From: Squalus acanthias
Taxonomy: Eukaryota
Direction of reading: 5' to 3'
NCBI GenBank assembly: GCA_030390025.1
Contig: CM059431.1
Location: forward strand, 113,214,001 to 113,278,000
DNA length: 64,000 nucleotides
Shown here: positions 35,500 to 48,340 of the stretch, in pieces
Position numbering within the stretch: position 1 is the first letter of the stretch
Layout of the letters: every line of letters starts with the position of its first letter
Notes under the pieces: generated by a model
Seen by the model: only the letters and a program-made list of their open reading frames with translations
Database searches by the model: none
Told to the model about the DNA's origin: nothing
Position numbers and translations under genes: made by a program

Positions 35500-36083
35500 A
35501 GTCTCTTAGCAAGCAAAATTACGAAGACCAAAAACCAAAGTACCTGCCAAGTTATGATCAGTAGCCAAAACTACCTCACACAGCGTTGACTCAATGCAGA
35601 AGTCTCTCTTTCTCTCTCTCCGAATCTCTCTCTCTCTCTCTCAGAACGAGTGGTGCAAAAATGTCAACCACAGAGAAAGACAGGAAGAGGCCCCCTTTAA
35701 ATAGCGCCCCCCCAGCCCCACAGCGACTGGTAGCGTTCCAGTCCTCCGGTCGTTGGTTGCGCCAGGCGGAAAGGATGGGGGCGCCACTCAATTTCCGCTC
35801 CAGGGCGCCACAAGGGCATTGCACCCTCGTATGACGTCAAGATCTGCGTGCGCAGGAGATCGCGGCGGTAAAGTTTAGCGCTGCCGCAAAATGTCTAGTT
35901 AAGTTTGCGAGCGGCGCAAACATCGCTGCGCCCAGGCGCTAGTTGCTTTGCGCCCCATTAGCGCCCTCTTAAGGCGCTAACGGGAGGCGCAACCAACTGA
36001 ATTTTTCCCCCATAGAGTTATACAGCACAGAAAGAGGCCCTTCGGCCCATCGTGTCCGCGCCGGCCATCAAGCCCTGTCTATT

Positions 36084-39000
36084 CTAATCCCATTTTCCAG
36101 TACTTGGTCCGTAGCCTTGTATGCTATGGCATTTCAAGTGCTCATCTAAATGCTTCTTGAATGTTGTGAGGGTTCCTGCCTCTACCACCCTTTCATGCAG
36201 TGAGTTCCAGATTCCAACCACCCTCTGGGTGAAAAAGTTTTTCCTCAAATCCCCTCTAAACCTCCTGCCCCTTACCTTGAAACTGTGCCCCCTGGTTATT
36301 GACCCCTCTACTAAGGGGAAAAGTTCCTTTCTATCTACCCTATCTATGCCCCTCATAATTTTGTACACCTCAATCAGGTCCCCCCTCAGCCTTCTCTGCT
36401 CTAAGGAAAACAACCCCAGCCTGTCCAGTCTCTCCTCATAGCTGAAGTGCTCCAGCCCAGGTAACATCCTAGTGAATCTCCTCTGCACCCTCTCCAATGC
36501 AATAACATCCTTCCTATAGTGTGGCGATCAGAACTGCACACAGTATTCCAGCTGTGGCCTAACTAGCATTTTGTACAGCTCCATCATAACCTCCCTGCTC
36601 TTATATTCTATGCCTTGGCTAATGAAGGCAAGTATCCCATATGCCTTTTTAACCACCTTATCTACCTGTCCTGCTGCCTTCAGGGATCTATGTACATGCA
36701 CACCAAGGTCCCTCTGATCCTCTGTCCTTCCTAGGGTCCTACCATTCATTGTGTATTCCCTTGCCTTGTTAGTCCTCCCAAAATGCATCACCTCACACTT
36801 TTCAGGGTTAAATTCCATTTGCCACTGTTCTGCCCATCTAACCAACCCGTCTATATCGTCCTGTAGCCTGAGGCTTCCCTCCTCGCTATTTACCACTCCA
36901 CCAATTTTCGCGTCATCTGCGAACTTAATGATCATACTTCCTACATTCATATCTAAATCATGAATGTACACTACAAACAGCAAAGGACCCAGCACCGATC
37001 CCTGCGGTACACCACTGGACACAGGCTTCCAGTCACAAAAACAACCTTCGACCATCACCCTCTGCCTTCTGCCACTAAGCCAATTTTGGATCCAATGTGC
37101 CAAGTTGCCCTGGATCCCATGGGCTCTTACCTTCTTGACCAGTCGCCCATGTGGGACTTTGTCAAAAGCCTTACTGAAGTCCATGTAGACCACATCACGG
37201 TGGCATAGTGGTTAGCACTGGTGCCTCACAGCGCCAGGGACCCGGGTTCGAATCTGACCTCGGGTGACTGTCTGTGTGGAGTTTGCACATTCTCCCCGTG
37301 TCTGCGTGGGTTTCCTCCGGGTGCTCCGGTTTCCTCCCACAGTCCAAAAATGTGCAGGTTAGGTTGATTTGGCTGTGATAAATTGACCCTTAGTGTTAGG
37401 GGGGGATTAAATATGTGGGGTTATGGGGATAGGATGGGATATGTTAGGGGGAATTAAATACGTGGGGTTACGGGGGTAGGGTGGGATATGTGTACTGTGG
37501 GGATTAAAGCAGGGACAGGGTACTGGATTTGGATGATCAGCCATGATCGTATTGAATGGTGGAGCAGGCTCGACGGGCCGAATGGCCTACTCCTGCTCCT
37601 AGATTCTATGTTTCTATAACTGCACTACCCTCATCCACACACCTAGTCACCCCCTCGAAAAATTCAATCAAATTGGTCAGACATGATCTCCCCCTGACAA
37701 AGCCATGCTGACTATCCTTGATTAATCCTTGCCTCTCCAAGTGGAGACTAATTCTGTCCCTCAGAATTTTTTCCAATAATTTCCCTACCACTGATGTTAG
37801 GCTCACTGGCCTGTAATTCCCTGGTTTATCCCTACTACCCTTCTTGAATAATGGTACTATGTTAGCTGTTCTCCAGTCTTCTGGCACCTCCCCTGTGGCC
37901 AGAGAGGTTATGAAAATTTGTGTCAGAGTCCCTGCAATCTCCTCCCTTGCCTCACACAGCAGCCTGGGATACATTTTGTCTGGGCCTGGGGATTTATCCA
38001 TTTTTAAGCCCGCTAAAACCACTAGTACCTCCTCCCTCTCAATATTAATTTGTTCAAGTATATCACAATCCCTCTGCCTGATTTCTATGCCTACATCGTC
38101 CTTCTCCATAGTGAACGCAGATGCAAAATATTCATTTAAAACCTCACTTACATCTTCTGGCTCTACACACAGATTGCCACTTTGGTCCCTAATGGACCCT
38201 ACTCTTTCCCTGGTTATCCTCTTGCCCTTAATATACTTATAAAACACCTTGGGATTTTCCTTTATTTTGCCCGCCAGTGTTTTTTCATGCCCCCGCTTCG
38301 CTCTCCTAATTTCTTTTTTAAGTACCCCCCTGCAGTTTCTATACTCCTCTAGGACTTCCACTGTTTTTAGTCCTTTGTATCTGCCAAAAGCCTCCCTTTT
38401 TTTCCGAATCCATTCTTATATATCCCTTGACATCCAGGGTTCCCTGGGCTTGTTGGTCCCACCCTTGACCTTTACGGGAACATGATGCCTTTGTACTCTC
38501 TCTATTTCCTTTCTGAAAGACTCCCACTGCTCTGATGTGGATTTTCCTACACGTAGCTGATCCCAGTCTACTTTGGACAGATCCTGCCTTATCATATTAA
38601 AATCGGCCTTCCCCCAATTTAGAACCTTTATTTCCGGTCCATCTTTGTCCTTTTCCATGACTACTTTAAATCTCACCGAATTATGGTCACTGTCACCAAA
38701 ATGCTCCCCTACTGACACTTCTACTACTTGCCCGACTACATTCCCTAGAATTAGGTCCAGTACCGCCCCCCTCTCTTGTAGGACTTTCTACATGCTGGCT
38801 CAAAAAGCTCTCCTGGATGCACCCTCTAAGCCTTTTACACTCTGACTATCCCAGTTAATATTGGGGAAGTTGAAATCCCCTACTATTATTACCCTATTAT
38901 TTCTACACTTCTCTGAGATTTGCCTACATATCTGTTCCTCTATCCCCCCCTGACTGTTTGGGGGCCTATAGTACACTCCCAGCAAAGTGCTTGCCCCCTT

Positions 39001-39303
39001 TTTGTTTTTAAGTTCTACCCATATGGCCTCATTAGAGGAACCTGCTAAGATATCATCCCTCCTTACAGCAGTAATTGACTCCTTGATTAATATTGCGACA
39101 CCCCCTCCTCTTTTACACGCCCCTCTGTGTCGCCTGAAGATTCTATACCCTGGAATATTGAGCTGCCAGTCCTGCCCCTCCCTCAACCATGTCTCTGTGA
39201 TAGCAACAATACCATACTCCCATGTGTTCATCAACACCTTCAATTCATCTGCCTTACTCGCAAGACTCCTTGCATTAAAATAAATGCCATCCAGCCTTGC
39301 CAT
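36084..39303 (-). pseudogene. CR1 ORF2 (AP endonuclease + reverse transcriptase), disrupted
   Basis: YFNARSL, ITETW, VYYRPP, GDFN, SDHN, NYRPVSLTS, DFSKAFDKVPH, GVPQGSVLGP, FADD; frameshifts near 38800-38340, SINE insertion, in-frame TGA at 36528-36530. Confidence 0.93.
37197..37617 (+). mobile_element. V-domain SINE (HE1-like) with CR1-type tail
   Basis: A box TGGCATAGTGG, B box GGTTCGAATC, V domain TGTGTGGAGTTTGCACATTCTCCCCGTGTCTGCGTGGGTTTCCTCCGGGTGCTCCGGTTTCCTCCCAC; tail GAATGGCCTACTCCTGCTCCT..TCTATG. Confidence 0.92.
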
Positions 39304-39408
39304 ACTCGCTTGTGCTCTGCCTTCCAGGCTGACTTGTTTTCTCCTTTATATTTGGCTGTGCATCACTCCCTACTATAACTCCACTCCGTATCCCATCCCC
39401 CTGCCAAG

Positions 39409-40365
39409 TTAGTTTAAACCCCCCCCCCCCCCCAACAGTACTAGCAAACCTCCCTGCAAGGATGTTGGTTCCGTTCGGTTCAGGTGCAACCTGTCTGACT
39501 TGTACTGGTCCCACCTTCCCCAGAAGCAGACCCAGTGATCCAGGAAACTAAAGCCCTCCCTCCTGCACCAACTCTTTAGCCACGCATTCATCTGCTCTAT
39601 CCTCCTATTCCTATACTCACTAGCACATGGCACCGGGAGTAATCCAGAGATTACAACCTTTGAGGTCCTGCTTTTTAATCTGCTACCTAGCTCCCTAAAT
39701 TCTTGTTGCAGGACCTCATCCCTCTTTCTACCCATGTAGTTGGTACCAATGTGAACCACGACCTCTGACTGTTCGCCCTCCCCCTTCAGAATGCCCTGCA
39801 GCCGTTCAGTGATATCCTTGACCCTGGCACCAGGGAGGCAACATACCATCCTGGAGTCACATCTGCGGCCACAGAAATGTCTATCTATTCCTCTTACGAT
39901 AGAATCCCCTATCACTATTGCTCTCCCACTCTTTTTCCTCCCCTCCTGTGCAGCTGAGCCACTCGTAGTGCCACGGACCTGGCTCTTGCTGCATTCCCCT
40001 GAGAAACCATCTCCCCCAGCAGTATCCAAAATGGAAAATCTGTCGGAGAGGGAGATGGACCCAGGGGACTCCTGCACTACCTTCCTATTTTTTTTACTCT
40101 GTCTGGCGGTCACCCATTTCCTGTCTGCCTGTGCACTCTTTACCTGCGGTGTGACCACCTCATTAAACGTGCTATGCACGAAGATCTCAGCTTCGTGGAT
40201 GCTCCACAGTGACTCCAGCCGCAGCTCCAGCTCCGAAACGCGGATTTTGAGTAGCTGCAGCTGGAGACACTTCCTGCACATGTGTTCGCCCTGGACACCG
40301 AAAGTGTCCCTGACTTCCCACATAGCACAGGAGGAGCATTCCACGCAGCCGAGCTGCCCTGCCAT
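39409..40365 (-). CDS. CR1 ORF1 (zinc finger, coiled coil, SGNH/GDSL esterase-like domain); C-terminus frameshifted
   Basis: CxxC...CxxC, VIGDSIVRG, CLPGA, VVHIGTN, D.LHLN. Confidence 0.88.
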   Translation of the reverse strand: MAGQLGCVECSSCAMWEVRDTFGVQGEHMCRKCLQLQLLKIRVSELELRLESLWSIHEAEIFVHSTFNEVVTPQVKSAQADRKWVTARQSKKNRKVVQESPGSISLSDRFSILDTAGGDGFSGECSKSQVRGTTSGSAAQEGRKKSGRAIVIGDSIVRGIDRHFCGRRCDSRMVCCLPGARVKDITERLQGILKGEGEQSEVVVHIGTNYMGRKRDEVLQQEFRELGSRLKSRTSKVVISGLLPVPCASEYRNRRIEQMNAWLKSWCRREGFSFLDHWVCFWGRWDQYKSDRLHLNRTEPTSLQGGLLVLLGGGGGLN

Positions 40366-40762
40366 GTCCTACCCTTAATTTGCTCCCTTTACTTCCTTTA
40401 AATTAAAGAATATTAAATACACTAGGGACCTTACTTCCCTTTAAACACTACTTACTCTAAACTAGAGAGCTTACTTTTAATTTAACGACTGGAGTGTAGA
40501 AATACTATGGAAATACTCACCGCTGGTTCTCTGTCACCTCTTGTGCAGCTTTTTAGCTCCTGCTCTCCTGGAAGCTGACAAAGATAGAAAAAGAAAGGAA
40601 CACCTCCCTCCCCAAACTCCCTCACTCACCAAAGACTCTTTCAGCTATTTTGGACATAGCACTCATAAAGCTTTATTAGCTGTAGAATTTTATTTTGCTG
40701 CAGTACTCATTGTTCATTTGTTTTTTTGCATTTGTTGCTGATTTTGGTTGTGCCCCCTTTTT

Positions 40763-41385
40763 CATAGAATTATAGAATGGTTACAGCACAGAAGGAGGCC
40801 ATTCGGCCCTTCGAGCCCATTCCGGCTCTCTGCAAGACCATTTCAGCTAGTCCCACTCTCCCGCCTTTTCCCCATAGCCCTGCAATTTTTTTTCCTTCAG
40901 GTACTTATCCAATTCCCTTTTGAAAGCCATGATTGAATCTGCTTCCTCCACCCTTTCAGGCAGTGCATTCCAGATCATAACCACTCGCAGCATCAAAAAG
41001 TTTTTCCTCGTGTTGCCTTTGGTTCTTTTGCCAATCACCTTAAATCTGTGTCCTCTGGTTCTCGACCCTTCCGCCAATGGGAACAGTTTCTCTCTATCTA
41101 CTCTGTCGAGGTCCCTCATGATTTTGAACACCTCTATCAAATCTCCTCTCAACCGTCTCTGCCCTAAGGAGAACAACCCCAGCTTTTATAATCTATCCAT
41201 GTAACTGAAGTTCCTCATCCCTGGAATCATTCTCGTAAATCTTTTCTGCACCCTCTCTAAGGCCTTCACATCCTTCCTAAAGTGCGGTACCCAGAAATGG
41301 ACACAATACTCCAGTTGAGGCCGAACCAGTGTTTTATAAAGGTTCATCATAACTTCCTTGCTTTTGTACTCTATGCCTCTATTTA
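40763..41385 (-). mobile_element. 5'-truncated CR1 (second subfamily)
   Basis: LYKTLVRPQLEYC, RRLRGDLIEVFKI, TRGHRFKV, tail. Confidence 0.92.
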
Positions 41386-41419
41386 GCACCATTTAAATTG
41401 CAACAGGCATCATTCTCAA

Positions 41420-44045
41420 GATGGACATCTCATTTGGTATACCTCTCTATCTGCCGATTTCTAAGGAGGAAGAGGAGATCAGCAAAGGCATGAGAGAGAG
41501 GAGCATTTATGCCAACAATGGTCTTGCTGCAGCCACCTTTACTCAGTCTCTCGTGTCTACAAATCCAACTTGACACATCCGGAGAAATGTTCATTCACCA
41601 CCTATCCATCACGATGGAGGCAGTCACAGAAATATGTCGTCTCCTTGAACCAGACTGTTCGATGACGGGGACAGCTCTCCTAGTGCCTGTCAAGCCTTGA
41701 ACTTCTTTGCGAATGGATTATTTTAAGCAACGGCAGAGGAAATATAGCAATTTTGCAACCAATAGTGTACTGATGCATCAAGCAGTTGCTTTGCTAATCA
41801 AGTCTATCTCCTTCATGCCTTCTTTATAGAGACTGGGCAGCAGCCTGACAGAGCACTGCACTTTCTCCATTTTGCAGGTTTTCCCAAAGTGGAGGGCAAA
41901 ATTGATGGCATGTGTGTGGCCATACAGCGTCCATACTTCCAATCCCACAGCCTTCATGAACAGAAAGGAAATCCACTGCACTAATGTGCACCAACCTGTG
42001 ACCATAGGCAGAAAATTATACATGTAAATGACCATTCCCTGGTAGCAATCATGACTTCTTCATTTTATGCCAATCTGCGATGCTATCATTATATCAAGGG
42101 CAAGACTGAATCGATGGCTCCTCGGGGAGCAAGGTACCTTTCACAGACCTGGTTCATGACCTCCTTGAGACTGCCATGACCAAGTGCTGAGGAGCGATAA
42201 ATTGAGGTACACATAGCCACCAGGATTCTGGTCAAATATATCATTAGAATGTTGAAACAAAGGGCTGAATTTTGCTGGCGCTCAGAGGGCGGGGTTGGAG
42301 GTGGGTCCGCTGTCAAAATAGCAAAGAATGACAGCAGGTAGGGAACCCGCTGTCAACCCGCCTCCACACGAGTCTCCCAGGTGTCGGGTCTGTCGGCGCT
42401 GAACAGACCCGACACCAAGCGGCGGGGGAGGCAATTCACATCATTAAATGGGTTGTTAACATCCAATTAACTGTTATTTTAAGCCTGCTATCTATTCCAT
42501 TAGCATCATTGCCCTTGAAAATATCTCACCTTGGTCCTCAGAATCCCACCATGATCAGCCTCAACACCAGCATCACCGGGCACACCAGAAGCAATAACAA
42601 TAACACCAGCCTTCTCTGCAATCAACTGATGCTGGACAGGACACAGGGCTTCAGCACCCGACCACATTGCCGTCCGGGACCCAGGGATGGCCTCAGCATG
42701 GCCAGATTTACTTCACTTGACGCTGTACACCCTGAATTCCAAATGATGTGCCAGGTTGGCACCACCCCACACCAACACCATAAAACATCCCTACAATGCC
42801 CAAGCCATTCCTTTCACACTCATCACCATTTGGGCGGGGGGGGGGGGGGGGGTGGTTACCGTTATGTCTCACCATTCACTACAACTCACTAAGCCACTTC
42901 CAAAGGTGCACACAAATCTGTCCAAGAATGGAAAGTGCTAAAAGTAAAGGTTTCAATGTTTGACAGCATATTACCAGAAACTTCACATGAACATTGGCTA
43001 AACCACCCATGTGTCTACCCTTGTGTGTTGTTAGTTGATATGCTTGCAGTAGGGTGAGTGTGAGGGGTGGCTAGTGAAATGGGGAAGTGATAATGTAGAT
43101 AGAGAGGGATGGGTGGAGGTGCAAGGTAAGTTGGTGTGAGTAAAGATGTGCAGGAGTAGGGTAGGGAAGGCAGAGTGATGTGGATGTGCTGAGTGGCACA
43201 GCAGGATGAGGTTGAGTGTGGCTTGGCAGTAACATTTTGTGATCTACTCAGATCATTGAAAGGCAGCCTGGTCCTCCTGACGACATCCCTGCTTGTGCCC
43301 TCCTGTGCAATGTGCAACCAGGCTGCGTTGATCTCCTGGGGATGTCTCTTCCGCCCATGGGAAGGGCAGAGAACCTCCCTGCGTGCTTTGACTCCCTCCA
43401 TAAGCATATGGAGGGAGTCATGAGAGAGCCTGGGTGCAGCCGTGCACCTTTGTGCAGTGCTTGTCAGTGTTTGCAGCACCTCAATGCTGTAGAATACTGA
43501 CAGCAGAACTGTCAAGATCAATTTGGTCATGGCCCTTTTAAGGAAACCGGCTGATGACACGTCATCAAATGACCTCGTCAGACCCACTTCCTTTTAATTG
43601 GCCGGGAACCTCGCAGGGCGGGCTTAACTAGCCCAATCAGAGGAAAATCACTTGGAGAGTGCGGGCTGCAGTAGGCAGCGGGCTGGGACCGCGACACCGA
43701 CCTCGGCCGCACTGGACTCGCCTCGGTCAGTGAAATCGCGGCCAAACGTTCAGATGCTTGGGCAGATTGGTGGGTTGCAAAGGTGTTCCTGTATAGCCCT
43801 TCTTCTTTCTCAAAGATCATTGTAATCTGTAGTCTGCTGCCTGTTGCACAACCTCACTGTTCAAATGGACATTACCACGAGGCAGGTAGGAGAGGAAGCC
43901 CAGGCACAACTATTGACAAAGAACACGGCGATTCAGCCGGAAGACATGTCTCTTGAAACTCAATTGCAAACAGGATGGGTTTAAAGGGAACTCCTGATGA
44001 ATGAAACCTTCACAGAAGTGCCTGCTCCATTAGTCAATCTGCGTA
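41420..44045 (+). pseudogene. old decayed Harbinger transposase split by the 42262-43743 insertion
   Basis: Remnants TEICRLLEPD, AGFPKVEGKIDG, NRKE, PGSNHD, WLLGEQ; flanks rejoin as TTG AAA CAA A|CG TTC AGA TGC TTG (LKQTFRCL); later LHNL. Outer boundaries approximate. Confidence 0.75.
42262..43743 (+). mobile_element. internally deleted Harbinger related to family A
   Basis: TSD AAA; weak TIR (10/16); colinear blocks homologous to ~8899-9030, 10070-10395 and 11825-12440, including Myb exon 1 (AAPRLSHDSLHMLMEGVKARREVL). Confidence 0.85.
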
Positions 44046-44055
44046 GGAAGTATAA

Positions 44056-44507
44056 AAAGAAAGACTTGCATTTATATAGCACCCTTCACGACCTCAGGAC
44101 GTCTCAAAGTGCTTTACAGCCAATGAAGTACTTTTGGAGTGTAGTCACTGTTGTAATGTAGGAAACGCAGCAGCCAATTTGCACACAAGCTCCCACAAAC
44201 AGCAATGTGATAGTCTGTTTTTTAGTGATGTTGATTGAGGGATAAATATTGGCCAGGACACCAGGGATATCTCCCCTGCTCTTCTTCAAAATGGTGCCAT
44301 GGGATCTTTTACATCCACCTGAGAGAGCAGACGGGGCCTCAGTTTAACATCTCAACTGAAAGACAGTACCTCTGATAGTGCAGCACTCCCTCAGTACTGC
44401 ACTGGAGTATCAGCCTAGATTTTGTGCTCAGGCCTCTGTAGTGGGACTTAGAACCCAGAACCTTCTGAATCAGAGGCGAGGTGCTGCCAACTGAGCCACA
44501 GCTGACA
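44056..44507 (-). mobile_element. full-length Deu-domain SINE
   Basis: Same family as 13712-14190. Confidence 0.9.
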
Positions 44508-45859
44508 TAAGCCTTGATGTGGAAATTTGTAAAAGGAACTGACCTCACAAAATGAAAACAAGGTTAGCTATGCAAGCCATATGCGCAATTAGTGGCATAG
44601 TCAACCCTTATGTTGCTACTTAGTTATCTAATGTCTTTGAGTTCTACATTTTTGAAATTAGAGGCTACATTTTCCATTCTTGTTTTGCTGGTGTAGAACA
44701 TCACAAACCAGGACCACATATTGAAATCCCAAGCACAGAGGATAGCATAGCCCATCCAATTTTCCATCCATCTAAAGTTTTAATAAATGGATGGAGAATT
44801 GGATTGGTTGTGTAACAGGCGTGTGATGCTGTGTGCCTAGTATTCCAATATGTGCTCCTTGCGTGCAATGCTCTGCGCCAGAAGTACAAAAGCAGAAAAT
44901 TACCCCACAAGTTTGTATCCAAACAATGAAAAAGGCTGAATTTAATTTCATTAAAAAAGCTGGACCGTTATTTTTGTAAAAAAAAATCCTTTAATCCATT
45001 AAAATGATGGATGTTTATTAAAAGCTCATTAAAAACTCAGGTAATGGAACCCATATGACCATTGAAACAATGGACAAGACTGCTCTGATTTACTCCTGTT
45101 AGCCAGAAACCTGGTTAGTATAACAGAACTGCTTGTGTTTAGTAGTTTGTGGGGATTGCTGTAAAACACTATTTAGATACAATGATAAAGTTATAATTTG
45201 TAACAAGCTGCTGTTCTTTCAATATGCCAAATTATGAATTCCATTCAACACATGCAATAGTTAATTCAGTAACAGTGATTGGCAACCACATCTTTATTTA
45301 AAGACTGCATTCAGAGCAAATTCTATTTACATGGCTTTGCTTCTATATGCCTGATAGTTTTGGTACATTTCTTGGTACTGTTTGCACATAGTCTAAAACC
45401 AGATGTAGATCTTTTTACAATTACACTTGCTGTTTGCACACTGCAGGAACTCTGGGAGATGTGCAATTTGTTTCTCTCACGCATGCTTCAACACTTTATT
45501 TACGTCTGTGGAAGGAACAGTCTTGATGAGCAAAACAGCCTTTTCTCTACCCCCTCCATTCTGAGTGAGATTGTCAATTAGTTCTTAAAAAAAGGTTTCG
45601 GTATTTTAAACTAAATCTGTTAACACCGAATTACTTAAAGAACTGAATATGTGAATTTTGAAAACAGCAGATGATTCACATTTCTTAGCAGGCAAGATGG
45701 ATTTTAAACTCAACCAGGTCATGTTTGCTATCCAGTGACATGAGTGGATACAAGTGGGAACAGTATCTGGTGCGCCTGTGATGCCCTCCATCCTACAATA
45801 GCTTGCCATCATTCACTATCTCGACTCACACTAGAAGATTGGCCACATGGGTGAGGTGA

Positions 45860-46313
45860 AGAAAGACTTGCATTTCTATAGCACCTTTCACGACCACCAG
45901 ATGTCTCAAAGCGCTTTACAGCCAATGAAGTACTGTTTGGAGTGTAGTCACTGTTGTAATGTAGGAAACGTGGCAGCTAATTTGTACACAGCAAGCTCCC
46001 ACAAACAGCAATGTGATAATGACCAGATAAGCTGTTTTAGTGATGTTGATTGAGGGGTAAATATTGGCCAGGACACCGGGGACAACTCCCCTGCTCTTCT
46101 TCGAAATAGTGTCATGGGATCTTTTACATCCACGTTTGAGAGAGCAGACAGGGCCTCGGTTTAACGTCTCATCCGAAAGACGGCATCTCCGACAGTGCAG
46201 CACTCCACTGGAGTGTCAGCCTAGATTTATGTGTTCAAGTCTCTGGAGTGGGACTTAAACCCACAACCTTCTGACTCAGAGGCGAGAGTGCTACCCACTG
46301 AGCCACAGCTGAC
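45860..46313 (-). mobile_element. full-length Deu-domain SINE
   Basis: Same family as 13712-14190. Confidence 0.9.
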
Positions 46314-46885
46314 ACTGTATTTGATTACTGTGGGCGCCTTTGGAACAGTATCCCGGCAGGAGATAGCATTAAATGCAAACTGTTGTCGAGTCAACGCTGT
46401 CAGCAAAGGTAGGGAGAAAAAGCAAAAAAATTGGAAGAATTTTTTTTTAGAAGTATAAAACTCGCTGATATTCCATGGACCATTGATAGATCCATCGCTT
46501 GAGGTCCCCTCACTTATTGATATTATATAATAATTCCCATTTATACCTTCCCCCCTTTTTGTCACATTTTCTTGTTCATCAGAAAATATTAAGATGAGTA
46601 TAAAAGGGGTAGTTTTCTGACTTGGTGCTATCGTATCCTTGCCTACCAGGCGTGCACATCAGAAAATCAGGCACATAATGCCCACATTTTCTGATCATTC
46701 AGGAAATCATGGGCACTGCACGATTTCCGACATGTGTTCCTGGCAGGCAAAGCTCCTCGCTGGGAGTGCGGACTCAAAAATTATCCTCAAGAGTCTCAGA
46801 TGTTTATGTACGATGCAGCATGCATCACAAAAATACAAAATGAGGTGAGGTTTGATTGTAGACTTCTGTAAACTGTTGTCATCTG

Positions 46886-47427
46886 CGTGCAGTTCCGGTC
46901 ACCACATTACAGGAAGGATGTGATTGCACTAGAGAGGGTGCAGAGGAGATTTATGAGGATGTTGCCTGGGCTGGGGAATTTTAGCTATGAGGAAAGATTG
47001 GATAGGCTGGCGTTGTTTTCTTTGGAACAGAGGAGGCTGAGGGAAGACCTAATTGAGGTGTATAAAATTATGAGGGGCCTAAACAGAGTGGATGGGAAGG
47101 ACCTATTTCCCTTAGCAGAGGGGTCGATAATCAAGGGGCATAGATTTAAAGTAATTGGTAGGAGATTTAGAGGGGATTTGAGGAGAATTTGTTTTCACCC
47201 AGAGGGTGGTGGGGGTCTGGAACTCACTGCCTGAAAGGGTGGTCGAGGCAGAAACCCTCATCACATTTAAAAAGTACTTGGATATGCACTTGAAGTGCCG
47301 TAACCTACAGGTCTACGGACCAAGTGCTGGAAAGTGGGATTAGGCTGGATAGCTCATTGTTGGCCGGCATGCACAAGATGGGGCCCAATGGCCTCCTTCT
47401 GTGCTGTAAATTTCTATGATTCTATGA
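46886..47427 (+). mobile_element. 5'-truncated CR1
   Basis: SPHYRKDVIALERVQRRF...RRLREDLIEVYKI and (TTCTATGA)n tail. Confidence 0.92.
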
Positions 47428-48340
47428 TAGACAGCCCCTTTTTGCCTGGGCTATATGCGATCAAATAATTCATGAGCGATACCAGTCACCTCGACCACAA
47501 CTCCCCATTCACCAACGGTTCCACACTCCTTACCTTTCCTCTGTCACTGACCATTGTATCGTCCTCTTTCCGACAACGTAAAAATAAAAGCCAACAGAAA
47601 ATGCACATTCCAAGCAATGTTCCCTCTAATCTGAGGTCTAAGTGCGCGGTCCCATTAAATTTGTTGCACGGCCACACATGCTCGGTATCTTCCCGCGGCA
47701 GCAGCTGGTGAGTGGCCTGCTTGGGACCTTCCAATTGGTGCGCGACCGCATCAGGTCCAATCCAAGTTTATAAATTAAATCATGAAACAATGCATACAAA
47801 ACTAAACTGATCACCCTTGTGCATTCCCTGAGTGCCTGTCTTCCGTGTGTCTTTGCCTCTCCTAGTGCTCCTAAGAGGTGCTTCCCCAGTGCCAGCAGCA
47901 TGGGTGATGGAAGGCTGCTGACCTTCAATTGAGGAGACTGCAGATGGCCTTGGAGGGCCACCTCGAGCAGCTCTGGGACTAGAAGGCCCAGTTTCAGACT
48001 GCACCATCCCAGCCTGGGCTGGCTGGCTGACAGGCAACAGCAACGGCACTGGCGGAGTGGCAGGGGTGGTAGCACGAATGCTGTCATCCTGAGAGAGGAC
48101 AGCCATTTTGTGCTCCATGGAGCCACTGCCAGTCTCCCGGTGCGGCATCTCAGCAATCCTAGTAATCTGTTGGGAACAGATTGCTGGACTGCTGTGACAC
48201 CCTGGAAGGCCCTTTGATCACTGGTATCAAGAGTCATGATGGCAGCAGTCTGAGCTTCTACAGCAGCACCTAGACCTTTGCTGGAAGCTGCTTGTGCTGC
48301 AATGGAAGCTGAGACATTGGCCATCAGATGCTGCATCATG

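Larger units (their letters stand above)
31934..36011 (-). mobile_element. Full-length, apparently intact PIF/Harbinger DNA transposon, family B copy 2
   Basis: TIR GGGGGAGAAATTCAGT / reverse complement GGGGGAAAAATTCAGT (15/16); TSD ATA (31931-31933, 36012-36014); both genes open. Confidence 0.97.
36012..40640 (-). mobile_element. near full-length CR1 LINE (inactive)
   Basis: ORF1 + APE/RT ORF2 + 3' UTR/tail; 5' boundary approximate. Confidence 0.93.

Noticed and set aside
47614..47760. hAT-like terminus CAATGTTCCCTCTAA
   Set aside because: No matching second end or 8-bp TSD found.
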